Below the pieces are notes generated by a model. It searched no databases, had not been told where the DNA came from, and was given only the letters and a program-made list of their open reading frames with translations. This document shows, piece by piece, positions 46,172-57,791 of a stretch of DNA of 64,000 nucleotides. Position 1 is the stretch's first letter. Each line of letters opens with the position of its first letter. The stretch covers positions 775,903-839,902 of the forward strand of contig KV454017.1 of NCBI GenBank assembly GCA_001661245.1, written 5' to 3'. The translations under genes and the position numbers were made by a program. Source of the DNA: Pachysolen tannophilus NRRL Y-2460. Its lineage: Eukaryota.

Positions 46172-47566
46172 ATGGTAAAGATAGAAGAAAGTGGCAACCA
46201 GGAGCCGCATAATAACAACCTGGGTAGCGAACAAGTTGTTGAAGGTCATAGCAATAATAACAACAATGATAATAATACTGAAGAAAATGTTGGAGTAGTT
46301 CATCATCAATCTATCCCACAATATTCAAATGTTGCTACTTCGAATAATAATTTACCTGTTGAAGATCCTAATTTGAATGAAGAAGATATCTTGGATGAGA
46401 ATAACAGAAAGAGGGGCAGAAGAAGTGGCGGCGCAGGAAATGTTGGTGATACCACTAATATTAGTGATGGTTCGGGTATTGCTAAGCCCTTGGTTAATAC
46501 AGATGATAAAAAGCCAACAGTTGCAAGAAATTCAAGAACTAATAAGGATAATATTGGTGAACCTATTTTAACTGATGAATATTTCATTACTCCAATTTTT
46601 GAACCTCACCAGTTTACCGAGTTACCCGCATTAAAGGAATATGTTAAAGATTTTAGTAAACATAATGGTTTTAATATTGCAATTGCTCATTCAAATAATA
46701 AAGCTATTTATTTTACTTGTGAATTAGGAGGTGCTTATAGAAATAAAAATCTTAGAAGAGGTCCAAATGGGGAATTAGTTGAAATGGATGATCCAAATTT
46801 AAAAGATCCTTCACAATATACAACAGAAGATTATAAAAAATCAAAAAGAATGGGATCAAAGAAAATTTGTTGTCCTTTTTCAATTGTTGCAAATTTTTCT
46901 AAAAAAAAACAATATTGGACTTTAAGAGTTAATGATAATCATCATAATCATCCAAAATTGAATCCAGATGAAGCTGCTCCAATTATTAGAAAAAGAAATA
47001 ATTTGGTTAATGATCAAATATTACACCTTTATAAACAAGGTGATAAACCATCAAAGATTCAAGAAAGATTGGTTGCATTATTCCCAGAAGTTAATATTAA
47101 AAGAGAAGATATTTATAATGAGATTAGAATCTTGAAAAAAAGAAGAGTTGTTCCAGCAAGTAGAAGTGCTCCAAGTCAATCAAAACATGATATGATTGTT
47201 GATTTAAATGAAGATGATCCTGCAATGGTTGCTGCAACCGCATCAAGTCATCATGATCATTCAGGACATCATCAAACTGGAGGATACCATACAACAGATG
47301 AAAAGGGAGAAGAAGTTGATGTTGCCGCTATTATAGCTGCAACAAAGAAAAATGTTGAACTGGAAGCTAAGGAAGCTGCTGCTGCAGCCGCCGCTGCTGA
47401 AGCCGCTTCTCAATTACAACAAGTTGCTCATTTAGAAGCAGTAGCTGCTGCTGCTGCTCAAGCTGGAGCAGAAGAAGACCACCATAAAAAGCACGAGATT
47501 ACAAATGCCGAAGTTGATGATAAGTTACTACAAATTGATGAAAGATTAGTTGGTGAAGGTAACTAA
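46172..47566 (+). CDS. RBF1: Rbf1-like transcription factor (FAR1/WRKY-GCM1 zinc finger)
   Basis: FNIAIAHSNNKAIYFTCELGGAYR...KKICCPF...WTLRVNDNHHNHP closely resembles Candida Rbf1 as I recall it; Ala-rich tail. Confidence 0.75.
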   Translation: MVKIEESGNQEPHNNNLGSEQVVEGHSNNNNNDNNTEENVGVVHHQSIPQYSNVATSNNNLPVEDPNLNEEDILDENNRKRGRRSGGAGNVGDTTNISDGSGIAKPLVNTDDKKPTVARNSRTNKDNIGEPILTDEYFITPIFEPHQFTELPALKEYVKDFSKHNGFNIAIAHSNNKAIYFTCELGGAYRNKNLRRGPNGELVEMDDPNLKDPSQYTTEDYKKSKRMGSKKICCPFSIVANFSKKKQYWTLRVNDNHHNHPKLNPDEAAPIIRKRNNLVNDQILHLYKQGDKPSKIQERLVALFPEVNIKREDIYNEIRILKKRRVVPASRSAPSQSKHDMIVDLNEDDPAMVAATASSHHDHSGHHQTGGYHTTDEKGEEVDVAAIIAATKKNVELEAKEAAAAAAAAEAASQLQQVAHLEAVAAAAAQAGAEEDHHKKHEITNAEVDDKLLQIDERLVGEGN

Positions 47567-48106
47567 TTAAAAGAATAAATTGGTGTTTTTTCTTTTTTTT
47601 CAATTTATTTCTTCTTTTCTATTACCAAAATAATATCTGTACGTTTCCTCTTTTTGTTTTTTGTTTTTTTTTGTTTTTTTTCTTTTACCTTTTTTTTTCT
47701 TTGTTTTTTTCTCTTTTTGTTTCTTTCCTTTTGATTTACTTTTTTATTTTCTTGCCTTATTGTAATTTAGATATTATTATTATTATTATTTTTTTTTTAT
47801 AACCTTTTTTTTGCGTATTAATTGTATTTTATTGTGCTGCGTTTATTGTCTGAATTTTTTTTTTGTTTTATTTTTGTTTTTGTTTTTGATATTTCTTTTT
47901 TTACCAACTTTTTTGCTGAATAACTTTTAACTTTATTATCAAGTTTATGCCTTTAAGAAGGAATTCAGAGAAATAAATATAAAAAAAAAAATAAGACAAA
48001 TATATGTTTAAATTGTATTGAATAACTTCTTTTACTACTATACTAAATCTTACTATCAATTAATTTAATTGAAATATTTTTTGGTCGTGCACGAAAAATA
48101 AATCTT

Positions 48107-48116
48107 GATGGCAAAA
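48107..48116 (+). promoter_or_regulatory. Rpn4/PACE-like site upstream of RPN1
   Basis: GATGGCAAAA about 215 bp upstream of a proteasome gene; compare GGTGGCAAA (Saccharomyces) and GAAGGCAAAA (Candida-type). Confidence 0.55.
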
Positions 48117-48324
48117 ATCAACAACGAAAAAAAAAGAGGGCCCAAAAGAGCTGAACAGATATAAATTTGACGCTATTACAATTACAATCAATAGAATCAT
48201 CAGTTTAGAATTAAAAGAAAGAAGGAAAATATACTAATAATTGATAAGAATCTATTTCAAAAGTCTTTTTTTTGTTTTTGGTAGAATAATATTTCTTTCT
48301 TTTTCTTTTTAGTATTGTGAGATA

Positions 48325-51243
48325 ATGGCTCCAACTCCAAAAGATACTAGTGGTTCTGACGCCACCAAGCACGATCAGCCATTGTTAGAAAAGGATAATA
48401 ATAAACCATCATCAAAAGATGTTACCAAGAAAAAAGGTAAAAATGAACAAGAAGAAGAATTGAGTGAGGAGGATCAACAATTGAAAGAGGAATTGGAGCT
48501 TTTGGTTGAAAGATTAAATGAGCCAGATCAAAATTTATATGATGCAGCTTTGCAAAATTTAAAGACTCATATTAAAGATTCAACTTCTTCTATGACAGCG
48601 GTTCCAAAACCTTTGAAATTTTTAAGACCACATTATCCATTATTGGTTTCATTATATGATAAATGGGATGTTCAGGCATTAAAATATAAATTAGCTGATA
48701 TCTTGTCTGTATTGGGAATGACTTATTCTGATGAAGGTAAACGTGATTCTTTGAATTATAGATTGAAATCAAACCCTGAAGATGATTTAAATGAATGGGG
48801 TCATGAATATGTTCGTCATTTAGCATTGGAGATTGGTGAACAGTATCAAGATAATTTAGAGAATGAATTAACAGAAAATAATCTGCCTTTGTTAGATTTA
48901 TCTCTAAAAATCATACCGATTTTTTTAAAACATAATGCAGAAGCAGATGCTGTTGATTTATTGTTGGAAGTTGAAGCAATTGATAAGTTACCACAGTTTA
49001 TTGATAAAAACACTTTTGCAAGAGTCTGCTTATATATGGTTAGTTGTGTTCCATTATTGGCTCCTCCAGATGATATAGCCTTCTTGCATACTGCATATTC
49101 CATTTACCTTCTGCATAATCAATTGACTCAAGCATTGAGCTTGGCTATTAGATTAGATGATGAAAATTTGGTTCAACAAGTATTTGATGCCACAAGTGAT
49201 GTAAGCATTCAAAAACAATTGGGTTTAATCTTGGGACGTCAAAATTCAAGTTTTAGATTTGAAGATAACGAGGAAGTACAAGAATGTATTAGCAATGTTA
49301 AAAAATCTGAACTTTTCCATTATTTGGTTAAGGAATTGAATTTATTGGATCCTAAATTACCTGAAGATATTTATAAAACCCATTTGGAGAATAGTTCGTT
49401 TAGTGGACGTTCTTCATTGTACGATTCTGCAAAGCAAAATTTAGCATCAAGTTTTGTTAATGGTTTTATCAATATGGGTTTTGGAAAAGATAAATTATTA
49501 GATGATGGTGATGAAAATGAAGCAGGCAAGTCATGGATTTATAGAACTAAAGGCAATGGTATGTTGTCTACCACGGCTTCATTAGGTTTAATAAACGAAT
49601 GGGATGTTAGTGAAGGTTTACAGAAATTGGATAAATACTTGTATGCTTCAGAAGATGAGATAAAAGCAGGTGCCTTATTAGGTATAGGTGTTGGTTCATC
49701 TTCTGTTCATGACGAAGTAGAACCAGCTTTATTGTTATTACAAGACTCAATTAATGGTGAATCTGCAGCAACTTCTAATAAGAAATTAGTTTCCTCAGCA
49801 ATTACAGGTTTAGGTGTTGCATTTGCAGGTTCGAAAAATGAAGCAGTTTTGAATTTATTGTTACCATTGGTTTCAGACACAGATCAAACTTTAGAAATAA
49901 GTGCTTTAGCTGCTTTAGCTCTTGGTCATGTATTTGTTGGAACTTGTAACGGTGATATAACATCAACGATTTTACAAACGTTATTGGAGCGTGATTTCCA
50001 AGAATTGGGAAATAAGTGGATTAGGTTCATGTCCTTAGGTCTTGGTTTGTTATATATGGGTAAATATGAACAAGTTGATGATGTATTGGAAACAATTGAT
50101 GCCATTGAACACCCTATTTCGAAGACATTAAAAGTATTGGTCAGTATTTGTTCTTATGCCGGTACAGGAAATGTTTTACAAATTCAAAGCTTGTTACAAA
50201 TGAGTAGCACTAAGCCAACTAATAAAGAGGAAGATAACGATGATGAAGAAACCGAACATGAAACTGATACACAACCTCTGGAACAACAAGATAAAAAGGA
50301 CACAACACAACTGCCAACACTGGAGGGAGATTCTGGTGTTTCTGGAACTTCCGCTAACGAGAAGAAAGATTCTTCAACATCTAAAGATGATGATGATACC
50401 GAAAGTGAAGGCTCTTCGTCTGGCCAAGATTCATCAACACCTGAAGATGAATCATATCAAGGTTATGCCGTATTGGGTTTGGCATGTATAGCTATGGGTG
50501 AAGAAATAGGGCAAGAAATGTCACTACGTCATTTTAGTCATTTAATGCATTATGGAAATCCATTGATCCGTAGGGCTGTTCCATTAGCAATGGGACTTGT
50601 TAGTGCTTCAAATCCACAGATGAAGGTTTTTGACACTTTATCCAGGTATTCTCATGATTCAGATATTGAAGTTGCTCTCAATTCGATTTTTGCTATGGGA
50701 ATAGTTGGTGCAGGTACAAACAATGCCAGATTGGCACAATTATTGAGACAATTAGCAAGTTATTATGTCAGAGAAAAAGATGCCTTATTTATGGTTAGAA
50801 TTGCTCAAGGTTTGATACATTTGGGTAAAGGTACTTTAACTTTAACTCCTTATAACACGGATAGACAAATCTTATCAAGAGTTTCTTTAGCAGGTTTGTT
50901 AACAATTGCTGTAACATTGTTAGATCCTAAATCATTTATATTGGATGAACATCATGCATTGATATATTATTTAACACCTTCTATCCATCCAAGAACATTA
51001 ATTACCGTTGATGAAAATTTGGAACCAATAAAGGTAAATGTTAGAGTTGGTCAAGCTGTTGATATTGTTGGTCAAGCAGGAAAGCCTAAGACTATTACCG
51101 GTTGGGTCACACATTCTACTCCGGTTTTGTTAAGTTATGGTGAGAGAGCGGAATTAGAAGATGATAAATTTATTAGCTTGGCTAGTTCATTAGAAGGTGT
51201 TGTCATTTTAAGAAAAAATCCAGATTTCATGGATGAAGATTGA
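48325..51243 (+). CDS. RPN1: 26S proteasome regulatory subunit Rpn1
   Basis: EELSEEDQQLKEELELLVERL, SMTAVPKPLKFLRPHY, PC repeats, VRVGQAVDIVGQAGKPKTITGW. Confidence 0.98.
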   Translation: MAPTPKDTSGSDATKHDQPLLEKDNNKPSSKDVTKKKGKNEQEEELSEEDQQLKEELELLVERLNEPDQNLYDAALQNLKTHIKDSTSSMTAVPKPLKFLRPHYPLLVSLYDKWDVQALKYKLADILSVLGMTYSDEGKRDSLNYRLKSNPEDDLNEWGHEYVRHLALEIGEQYQDNLENELTENNLPLLDLSLKIIPIFLKHNAEADAVDLLLEVEAIDKLPQFIDKNTFARVCLYMVSCVPLLAPPDDIAFLHTAYSIYLLHNQLTQALSLAIRLDDENLVQQVFDATSDVSIQKQLGLILGRQNSSFRFEDNEEVQECISNVKKSELFHYLVKELNLLDPKLPEDIYKTHLENSSFSGRSSLYDSAKQNLASSFVNGFINMGFGKDKLLDDGDENEAGKSWIYRTKGNGMLSTTASLGLINEWDVSEGLQKLDKYLYASEDEIKAGALLGIGVGSSSVHDEVEPALLLLQDSINGESAATSNKKLVSSAITGLGVAFAGSKNEAVLNLLLPLVSDTDQTLEISALAALALGHVFVGTCNGDITSTILQTLLERDFQELGNKWIRFMSLGLGLLYMGKYEQVDDVLETIDAIEHPISKTLKVLVSICSYAGTGNVLQIQSLLQMSSTKPTNKEEDNDDEETEHETDTQPLEQQDKKDTTQLPTLEGDSGVSGTSANEKKDSSTSKDDDDTESEGSSSGQDSSTPEDESYQGYAVLGLACIAMGEEIGQEMSLRHFSHLMHYGNPLIRRAVPLAMGLVSASNPQMKVFDTLSRYSHDSDIEVALNSIFAMGIVGAGTNNARLAQLLRQLASYYVREKDALFMVRIAQGLIHLGKGTLTLTPYNTDRQILSRVSLAGLLTIAVTLLDPKSFILDEHHALIYYLTPSIHPRTLITVDENLEPIKVNVRVGQAVDIVGQAGKPKTITGWVTHSTPVLLSYGERAELEDDKFISLASSLEGVVILRKNPDFMDED

Positions 51244-51445
51244 AAATTTGAATTTTTGTACAGAAAAGAATAGTTTTGTTTAGTTAATTGTGTTTACTTG
51301 CTTTTTTGATTTTCGTTTGTTTGTTTGTTTGTTTTTCAACCTTACTTTTGCTATAACCAATAAGTGTTATAAATTTATTGTTAAATATTAATGATATACA
51401 TCATTGAACAAAACTCTAAGTTTTAAAACTATGTTACATATAGTA

Positions 51446-51479
<34 letters not shown>

Positions 51480-51614
51480 GTATCCTAGCATTTTTATACT
51501 AAAGTAATTTAAAAATCTCTGATTCAAGTTTGTTTATTATGCATAAACTACTCATGTACCTATCCACATCTTCTTTCAATTCCACATTTTTTTCAATTAT
51601 TTAATATTTAATAT

Positions 51615-52393
51615 TTATTTGAACTCCTGAGCTTTACCAGCCATAAGTAACCCAACAATTAATCCAAATAATCCTAAAACAGATCCAAAAATCTCAATAA
51701 CTAAAATTTTTACAAATAATGATGTATCAGCAGCATCACTAATTGCCGCTGTTGAACCTGTTACTCCAACTGCAATTCCACAAATCAAATTACTTAACCC
51801 AACAGTAATTCCAGCCCAAAATAAAGAAAAACCTGTATATAAATTTTCTTTTGAAAAAGTAGTACTAGTTCCAATTGGTGTTAATTTTGATGAAAAGACA
51901 ATAGCCATAATTAAACCATAGATGGCAACAACTTCACAAAAAATAATTGAAATTAAATTCTTGGTTGTTATCCGAGGAGCTTTAACACCAGCTCCAATAA
52001 TTGACAGACCAGTAATAAATATACCCCATGCCGCACCAACAACAGACAATCCAATACAAAGAGCAATACCTAAATTTGCCCACATGTAGGGAGATGTAGA
52101 TTCCAAAAATTGACCAACATTAAAAGATTCACCACTCCCATTGAAAAGCATATCTTTTTTTTCCAAAAAAACAAAAAAAAAAGTTAATAACATATTCTAT
52201 TATACCAATATAAAGATTATAAAACTTCAAATACAGATTGATTATTTAACATTTAACAATAATATCAATTGAAATTTCAAAATTCTCCAATATTAAAAAA
52301 AAAAAAAAAGAAATAATAAAAATAAAAAAATTTATACTTACAACCACCAACAACAGCCAAAGCAAATGACGGCAAGATTAATGAAACACTCAT
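51615..52393 (-). CDS. VMA16: V-ATPase V0 proteolipid subunit c'' , spliced: exon1 52393-52342, intron 52341-52154, exon2 52153-51615
   Basis: T|GTAAGT donor, TATTAAC branch and AAG acceptor give [44 protein letters not shown] and [12 protein letters not shown] are present. Confidence 0.93.
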
Positions 52394-52760
52394 TTTGCAA
52401 TAATGATGGCCTTTATAGTAATTGAATTTCCACCAATTCTTATTTTTAACAAATATACTCTTTATTATTATTAGCCTTGATTCATAGTATTATAATATTA
52501 TATGTGTGCCAACAAACAGAGCTTCAATTACCTGTTGATAGCGAACAGAAAAGGAAAACCAAACAAAAATTGCCTAAATAGGAACCAAAGTTTCCTTATT
52601 GGGTATTTTATTAAAGAATAGCGTAGCAATTTCCCTATTTGGATATACAATTACTTATTTAGGAAATCATGGTTTGTATATTATACAAGTTAACCGTTTA
52701 TTTTATCAAGATATATATATCAAAAGAAAGTTAAAAGTTCAATCTATATGAGGGTTAATT

Positions 52761-53840
52761 CTATGTTTGAGTGACTGTCATTCCATCGTAGGCAGGTTCT
52801 AGTAATTTCCAACTACAAGTGATACCTTCTTTAGAAAATCTTGCAACGATTTCTTCAGCAATTAAATCGAAATTATGAGTTGCCAATGCTAAAATTGTTG
52901 GTCCGGCACCAGATAAACAAATTCCAAGTAATCCCGGATGAGTTTTTGGTGTTACAGAAGCTAAGATTTCTGTTAATCCAGGGATCAAGGTCTTACGGTA
53001 AGGTTGATGGATTCTATCTTGCATTGCTGGGTAAATTAATTCTGGATTTGGTGGTGATCTTGTTAAAGCAGTAGTTAAAACTGCAAGTCTTTGTAAATTG
53101 AAAACCAAATCTTTAGCTGTATAAGCACCTGGTAATACTCCTCTAGATTCAGCGGTAGAAACTTCAAAATCGGGTATAATGGCAATACAACGAATTTCTT
53201 TACACCAATCATATTTTATATGCCTACCAATATCCATTGGTGCATCAGGTGGAACTAATCCAGTATCTGCACCTCCAGCAGGCTCTGGTAATACTTCACT
53301 TAATGGAATTTCTTTTCTTTCCATTTCAGCAGCACTTAATTCTCTTAAATAAGATCCAACAAATCCACCCATCATTGCTGCAGTAATATTATCTGGATGA
53401 CGTTCAATCATTAAACAATAATCTAACATTCTTTGTTTTGAAAACCCTAATTTACCAATCTCATTGGCTAAAACAACACCAGAAACAACTGCTGCACCTG
53501 ATGATCCAAGACCTCTTCCTAATGGAATAGGATTATTTACATGAACTTTAGTACCAGATGGGAAAGATCTAATACCATTACAACGTAATACATATAATGC
53601 AGTTCTAGTAATTAAATTTTCATCCGATCTTAATGGAACATGACTAAATCCTTGACTCGATGGTTCATAAGAAATTAAACAATTATTTGGATCCTCATCA
53701 CTATCTTTTGAATGCTTAGGATCAACAGAAACGTCCAAAGTTAAATATAAACTTAAACCAATTCCTAATACATCAAACCCAGGCCCAATATTAGCAGAAG
53801 AAGCAGGAACAGAAATCCTAAAACTCCTCCTCGATGACAT
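52761..53840 (-). CDS. THR1: Homoserine kinase (GHMP family)
   Basis: VPASSANIGPGFDVLG, PLGRGLGSSGAA, ERHPDN, LSGAGPT. Confidence 0.98.
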   Translation of the reverse strand: MSSRRSFRISVPASSANIGPGFDVLGIGLSLYLTLDVSVDPKHSKDSDEDPNNCLISYEPSSQGFSHVPLRSDENLITRTALYVLRCNGIRSFPSGTKVHVNNPIPLGRGLGSSGAAVVSGVVLANEIGKLGFSKQRMLDYCLMIERHPDNITAAMMGGFVGSYLRELSAAEMERKEIPLSEVLPEPAGGADTGLVPPDAPMDIGRHIKYDWCKEIRCIAIIPDFEVSTAESRGVLPGAYTAKDLVFNLQRLAVLTTALTRSPPNPELIYPAMQDRIHQPYRKTLIPGLTEILASVTPKTHPGLLGICLSGAGPTILALATHNFDLIAEEIVARFSKEGITCSWKLLEPAYDGMTVTQT

Positions 53841-53919
53841 CTTCTCTCTTCTCTTCCTTCCCTAAAGAAAATACAATCTATGATCTATAAAATCTTTTCC
53901 TATTGAAATTCTTTTTCAA

Positions 53920-53926
53920 TGAGTCA
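53920..53926. promoter_or_regulatory. Gcn4 site in the THR1/MAS2 divergent promoter
   Basis: TGAGTCA 80 bp upstream of an amino-acid biosynthetic gene. Confidence 0.65.
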
Positions 53927-54101
53927 ATTTGATTGAAAAATTATGAAAAAAATTATGAAAGAAAAAAAAAATCCAAAAAAAAATATCAAAGAAAAGCAAA
54001 AAAAATAAAAAATTCAAACAAATTTACGAGCAAGAGAATTATACTAAAGGCAAAAAACATATATAGATCTTGAATTAATTTAACTTGCAAAGTAGATCAT
54101 C

Positions 54102-55664
54102 ATGTTTTGTAGAAGTATTAGTTCAAAAGGGTTTGTGCGTTGTTTGAGAAATTACTCGACTATTGTTGAAGTAAGTTGTAATTTGTTTTTTTTGCTTTTT
54201 TAATTTTCATTTATTTTTAATAAAATCATTACTAACGGATTTAATAATAATTTGATTTTTTAGTCACCAACTCAGCTTTCAACGTTATCGAATGGTATTA
54301 GGGTTGTTACGGATTCATTGCCTGGTCATTTCAGTGCAGTTGGTATTTATGTTGATGCGGGTTCTCGTTATGAATCAGTAGAAAATGGACTTCAAGGTTG
54401 CTCTCATATAATAGATAGATTGGCATTTAAATCAACAGAAAATTATACAGGTAAAAAAATGTTGGAAAATTTGAATCATCTTGGTGGGAATTTTATGTGT
54501 GCTTCTTCAAGGGAATCAATGATTTACCAGGCAAGTGTATTCAACCCTGAAATTGAAAAAATGTTTTCATTATTAAGTGAAACAGTATCTAAACCTTTAT
54601 TAACAGAATCAGAAGTTGAAGAACAAAAATTGACAGCTCAATATGAATTGGATGAAATATGGATGCAATCTGATTTGATACTTCCAGAACTTTTACAACA
54701 AAGGGCTTATAATTTTGAAAATTTAGGAAGTCCTTTATTATGTCCAATTGAAAAATTACAAGATATTAATAGAGATAAAATCTTAAAATATAGAGAATTT
54801 TTATATAGGCCAGATAATTTGGTTGTTGCCCTTTTAGGTGTTCCACACGAAGAAGCTGTTCGCTTAACTGAAAAATATCTTGGTCATTTGAAACAACCAA
54901 GCCAACCAAAGTTAAAAGCATCCAAGGCAAAGTATACTGGTGGTGTCTTATCTTTACCTCCTCAACCACCAATTGGAAACTTACCTGAGTTTCATCATAT
55001 CCATGTTGGTTTTGAAGGTTTACCCATCGAACATGAGGATATATATGCATTAGCTACTTTACAAATGTTATTAGGTGGAGGTGGCTCATTTTCAGCTGGT
55101 GGACCAGGTAAAGGGATGTATTCAAGAGCTTATACTAGAATTTTAAATCAATATGGTTTTATCGAGAGTTGTAAATCATTTATTCATAATTTTACAGATT
55201 CAGGTTTATTTGGTATTTCAATATCTTGTATTCCTCAAGCTTCTAAAATTATTCCGGAATTAATTGGTAATGAACTCTCGCTTTTATTCTCACATAAAAC
55301 TGGTAGAGGCGCTTTAACCACTGCCGAAATTGATAGGGCTAAGAATCAATTACGTTCTTCATTATTAATGAATTTAGAAAGTAAAATGGTCCAGTTGGAA
55401 GATTTAGGAAGACAAATTCAAGTTTATGGCAGAAAGATAAGTATTAATGAAATGTGTGATAAGATAAATGCTTTAACTCAGGACAATTTGGTCAGAGTTG
55501 CAGAAAAAGTTTTAACTGGTAGTAGACCGACTGTTATCATTCAAGGAAATGAAGAGGAATTTGGTGATGTTGAACACACTTTGAAAAAGTTTGGATTAGG
55601 TCCTAATAGTAATGATTATGTTCAACCAACCAAAACTGATAAGAAAAAAGGTATTTGGTTTTAA
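54102..55664 (+). CDS. MAS2: Mitochondrial processing peptidase alpha subunit, spliced: exon1 54102-54170, intron 54171-54263, exon2 54264-55664
   Basis: Presequence exon MFCRSISSKGFVRCLRNYSTIVE|GTAAGT...TACTAAC...TAG|SPTQLSTLSNGIRV; HIIDRLAF; glycine loop GGGGSFSAGGPGKGMYSR. Confidence 0.97.
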
Positions 55665-55874
55665 TAGTCATAATTATTTAACCCCAAAATCGTGATGTAT
55701 ATTTGTATATAGCTTTCTTTATTTAAAATTAAAAGAAAAAAAATTTACTTCCTCATATTTATTATATAGATTTATTGAAGTTATTGTTTTATATTCTAAT
55801 TTTCAAAGATTTATTGAAAATACATGTATTTAAATTTAAGATTCTATTATAATATTATAGTACAAAGGATATAT

Positions 55875-57380
55875 TTAAGTTAAACCTGGTAAACCCATTC
55901 CAGGTAATGATGCCAACTGATTATTATTAATGTCATTAAAATTATTAGCATTATTACCAAAATCATTCATAAGTGGAATACCAGGAAAATCTTGTCTCTC
56001 GGTGGTATTAAACTCTTGATTATTCTCAAAATCATCAATTGGCAATCCACCTACATTATTATTATTAACACCGTAGTACCATGCTCCAACTTTCTCGTCG
56101 GAATAAGGTGCATCACGGAATGCAGTTGGATCATTTGGTCTTGATCTACACCAGAAACGAACAGATCTATCAGCACCTGCAGAGCATAATATATTACCAA
56201 CAGGATTATATTCAAGTTGATTGACTGCCTTCTCATGAGCATATGGAATCTTGAAATTATGATTTGCTGTATTTTCAACTTTTTCAATTTCTTCCAGAAC
56301 ATGACTATTTAGTATATAATGAGAAATTGATCCATCATAAGAAGCGGTTGTTAAAAGTTCCAGGTGTACTGGATGCCATGAAATTGCAGATGTTTCTGCT
56401 TCTTGGTTCCTTATGATCAATATGTCTTTCATTGTTCTCAAATCAAAAACCCTAGCTGATCTGTCTCTTGAAGTAGCAGCTAACAATCTTTGAGCACCAA
56501 TAGGTTGGAATTTTGCCTTTGTAACGGTATGTTTAAATCCATGAAGTGTATTTATTGGTTTAGAAGATCTTGGATCCCAAAGTTTAATTAAATTATCCTT
56601 TGATCCACTTAATACCAATCCTAAAGATGGATGCCAATCACAACATTTAACATCCCAATGATGTCCCGAAAGATTTTGCTCTTGAACACCGTTATTAAAA
56701 TTCCAAATCTTAAGAGAACTATCATCAGAACAACTCACGAATTTACTATCATTTGGAGAAAATGCCAAGTCTCGTACTCCATCACCATGGACATTACTCA
56801 AAATATTCACATTATTAAAATTTGGTTGCCAATACTTGATAGATCCATCTTGATCCCCACTTATTAACCAATCACCATTATGAGAATAACATAGAGAAAA
56901 TATAGCAGTATCATGGGCTTGCATGATTGTTTCAAAATTAAAAGTCATTCCATGCCATAAAGTAAATTCACCACTATGCGAAGCAACCAATAAACGTCTA
57001 CCTTCAGGAGTCCATTTAACAGCATGAATTGCATGCTTTGCCTTATTTGCACTCAAGTGAACAAATTTTGTTTGTTGATCAACAATAACTCTATTCTTAT
57101 AAGCAGCAGGTGGCAATAAATCTATTAAATAAGAAGCTTCAGGTCTTATCGCACCAATTGCCTGCTTTTCAATCCCAAGACTTCTATTTATAAACCATCT
57201 ACCCATCGAATTCCCATGATCCACAGTTCTTCTATGAGCATTCTTACGTTGCTGAGAAGCTAACTGTAATTCAAGATTCTGATTATACGATTTTTGCTTA
57301 TCCATATCCATCTGCTGCGGTTTCAAACGCCGATTATTCCCACCATTATTATTAAGATTATTATTCTTTTGATTATACAT
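55875..57380 (-). CDS. PFS2: Polyadenylation factor subunit 2 (WD40, WDR33 orthologue)
   Basis: [62 protein letters not shown]. Confidence 0.96.
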   Translation of the reverse strand: MYNQKNNNLNNNGGNNRRLKPQQMDMDKQKSYNQNLELQLASQQRKNAHRRTVDHGNSMGRWFINRSLGIEKQAIGAIRPEASYLIDLLPPAAYKNRVIVDQQTKFVHLSANKAKHAIHAVKWTPEGRRLLVASHSGEFTLWHGMTFNFETIMQAHDTAIFSLCYSHNGDWLISGDQDGSIKYWQPNFNNVNILSNVHGDGVRDLAFSPNDSKFVSCSDDSSLKIWNFNNGVQEQNLSGHHWDVKCCDWHPSLGLVLSGSKDNLIKLWDPRSSKPINTLHGFKHTVTKAKFQPIGAQRLLAATSRDRSARVFDLRTMKDILIIRNQEAETSAISWHPVHLELLTTASYDGSISHYILNSHVLEEIEKVENTANHNFKIPYAHEKAVNQLEYNPVGNILCSAGADRSVRFWCRSRPNDPTAFRDAPYSDEKVGAWYYGVNNNNVGGLPIDDFENNQEFNTTERQDFPGIPLMNDFGNNANNFNDINNNQLASLPGMGLPGLT

Positions 57381-57791
57381 CGCTTACTATTGCTTGCTAG
57401 CTGGTTTATACTATAACAATTATAAACCACTTTACCACTCAAATACTAACTATCCGCTTACTACGCTCGCTATCTGTAAGCACAAAATTTTCATCATTTT
57501 TAAAGGTGAAAATGTTTTGAATTAATGTCACGACCATTTTAAATTGAAGATGAAGAAAACACTAGTTAACCAAGTTGACGAGACTACAATTCATTTTAAT
57601 TTCATGATTATCAACTCATATCAGAGGGTATTATCTATATTATACAAACAATTGACTTTTTAAAATAACAAAACAATATTAACAGTGTACCGGAACCGGT
57701 CAAAAATACCAAAAAAAATTCAAAAAATTCAAAGAAAATGAAAAAAATAAAAAAATAAAAAAAAAAAACAAATAAAATAATATTAATTCTA

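Noticed and set aside
18481..57380. PAP1 and PFS2 (both 3'-end processing) as a functional cluster
   Set aside because: About 35 kb apart with many unrelated genes between them; chance co-location is sufficient.
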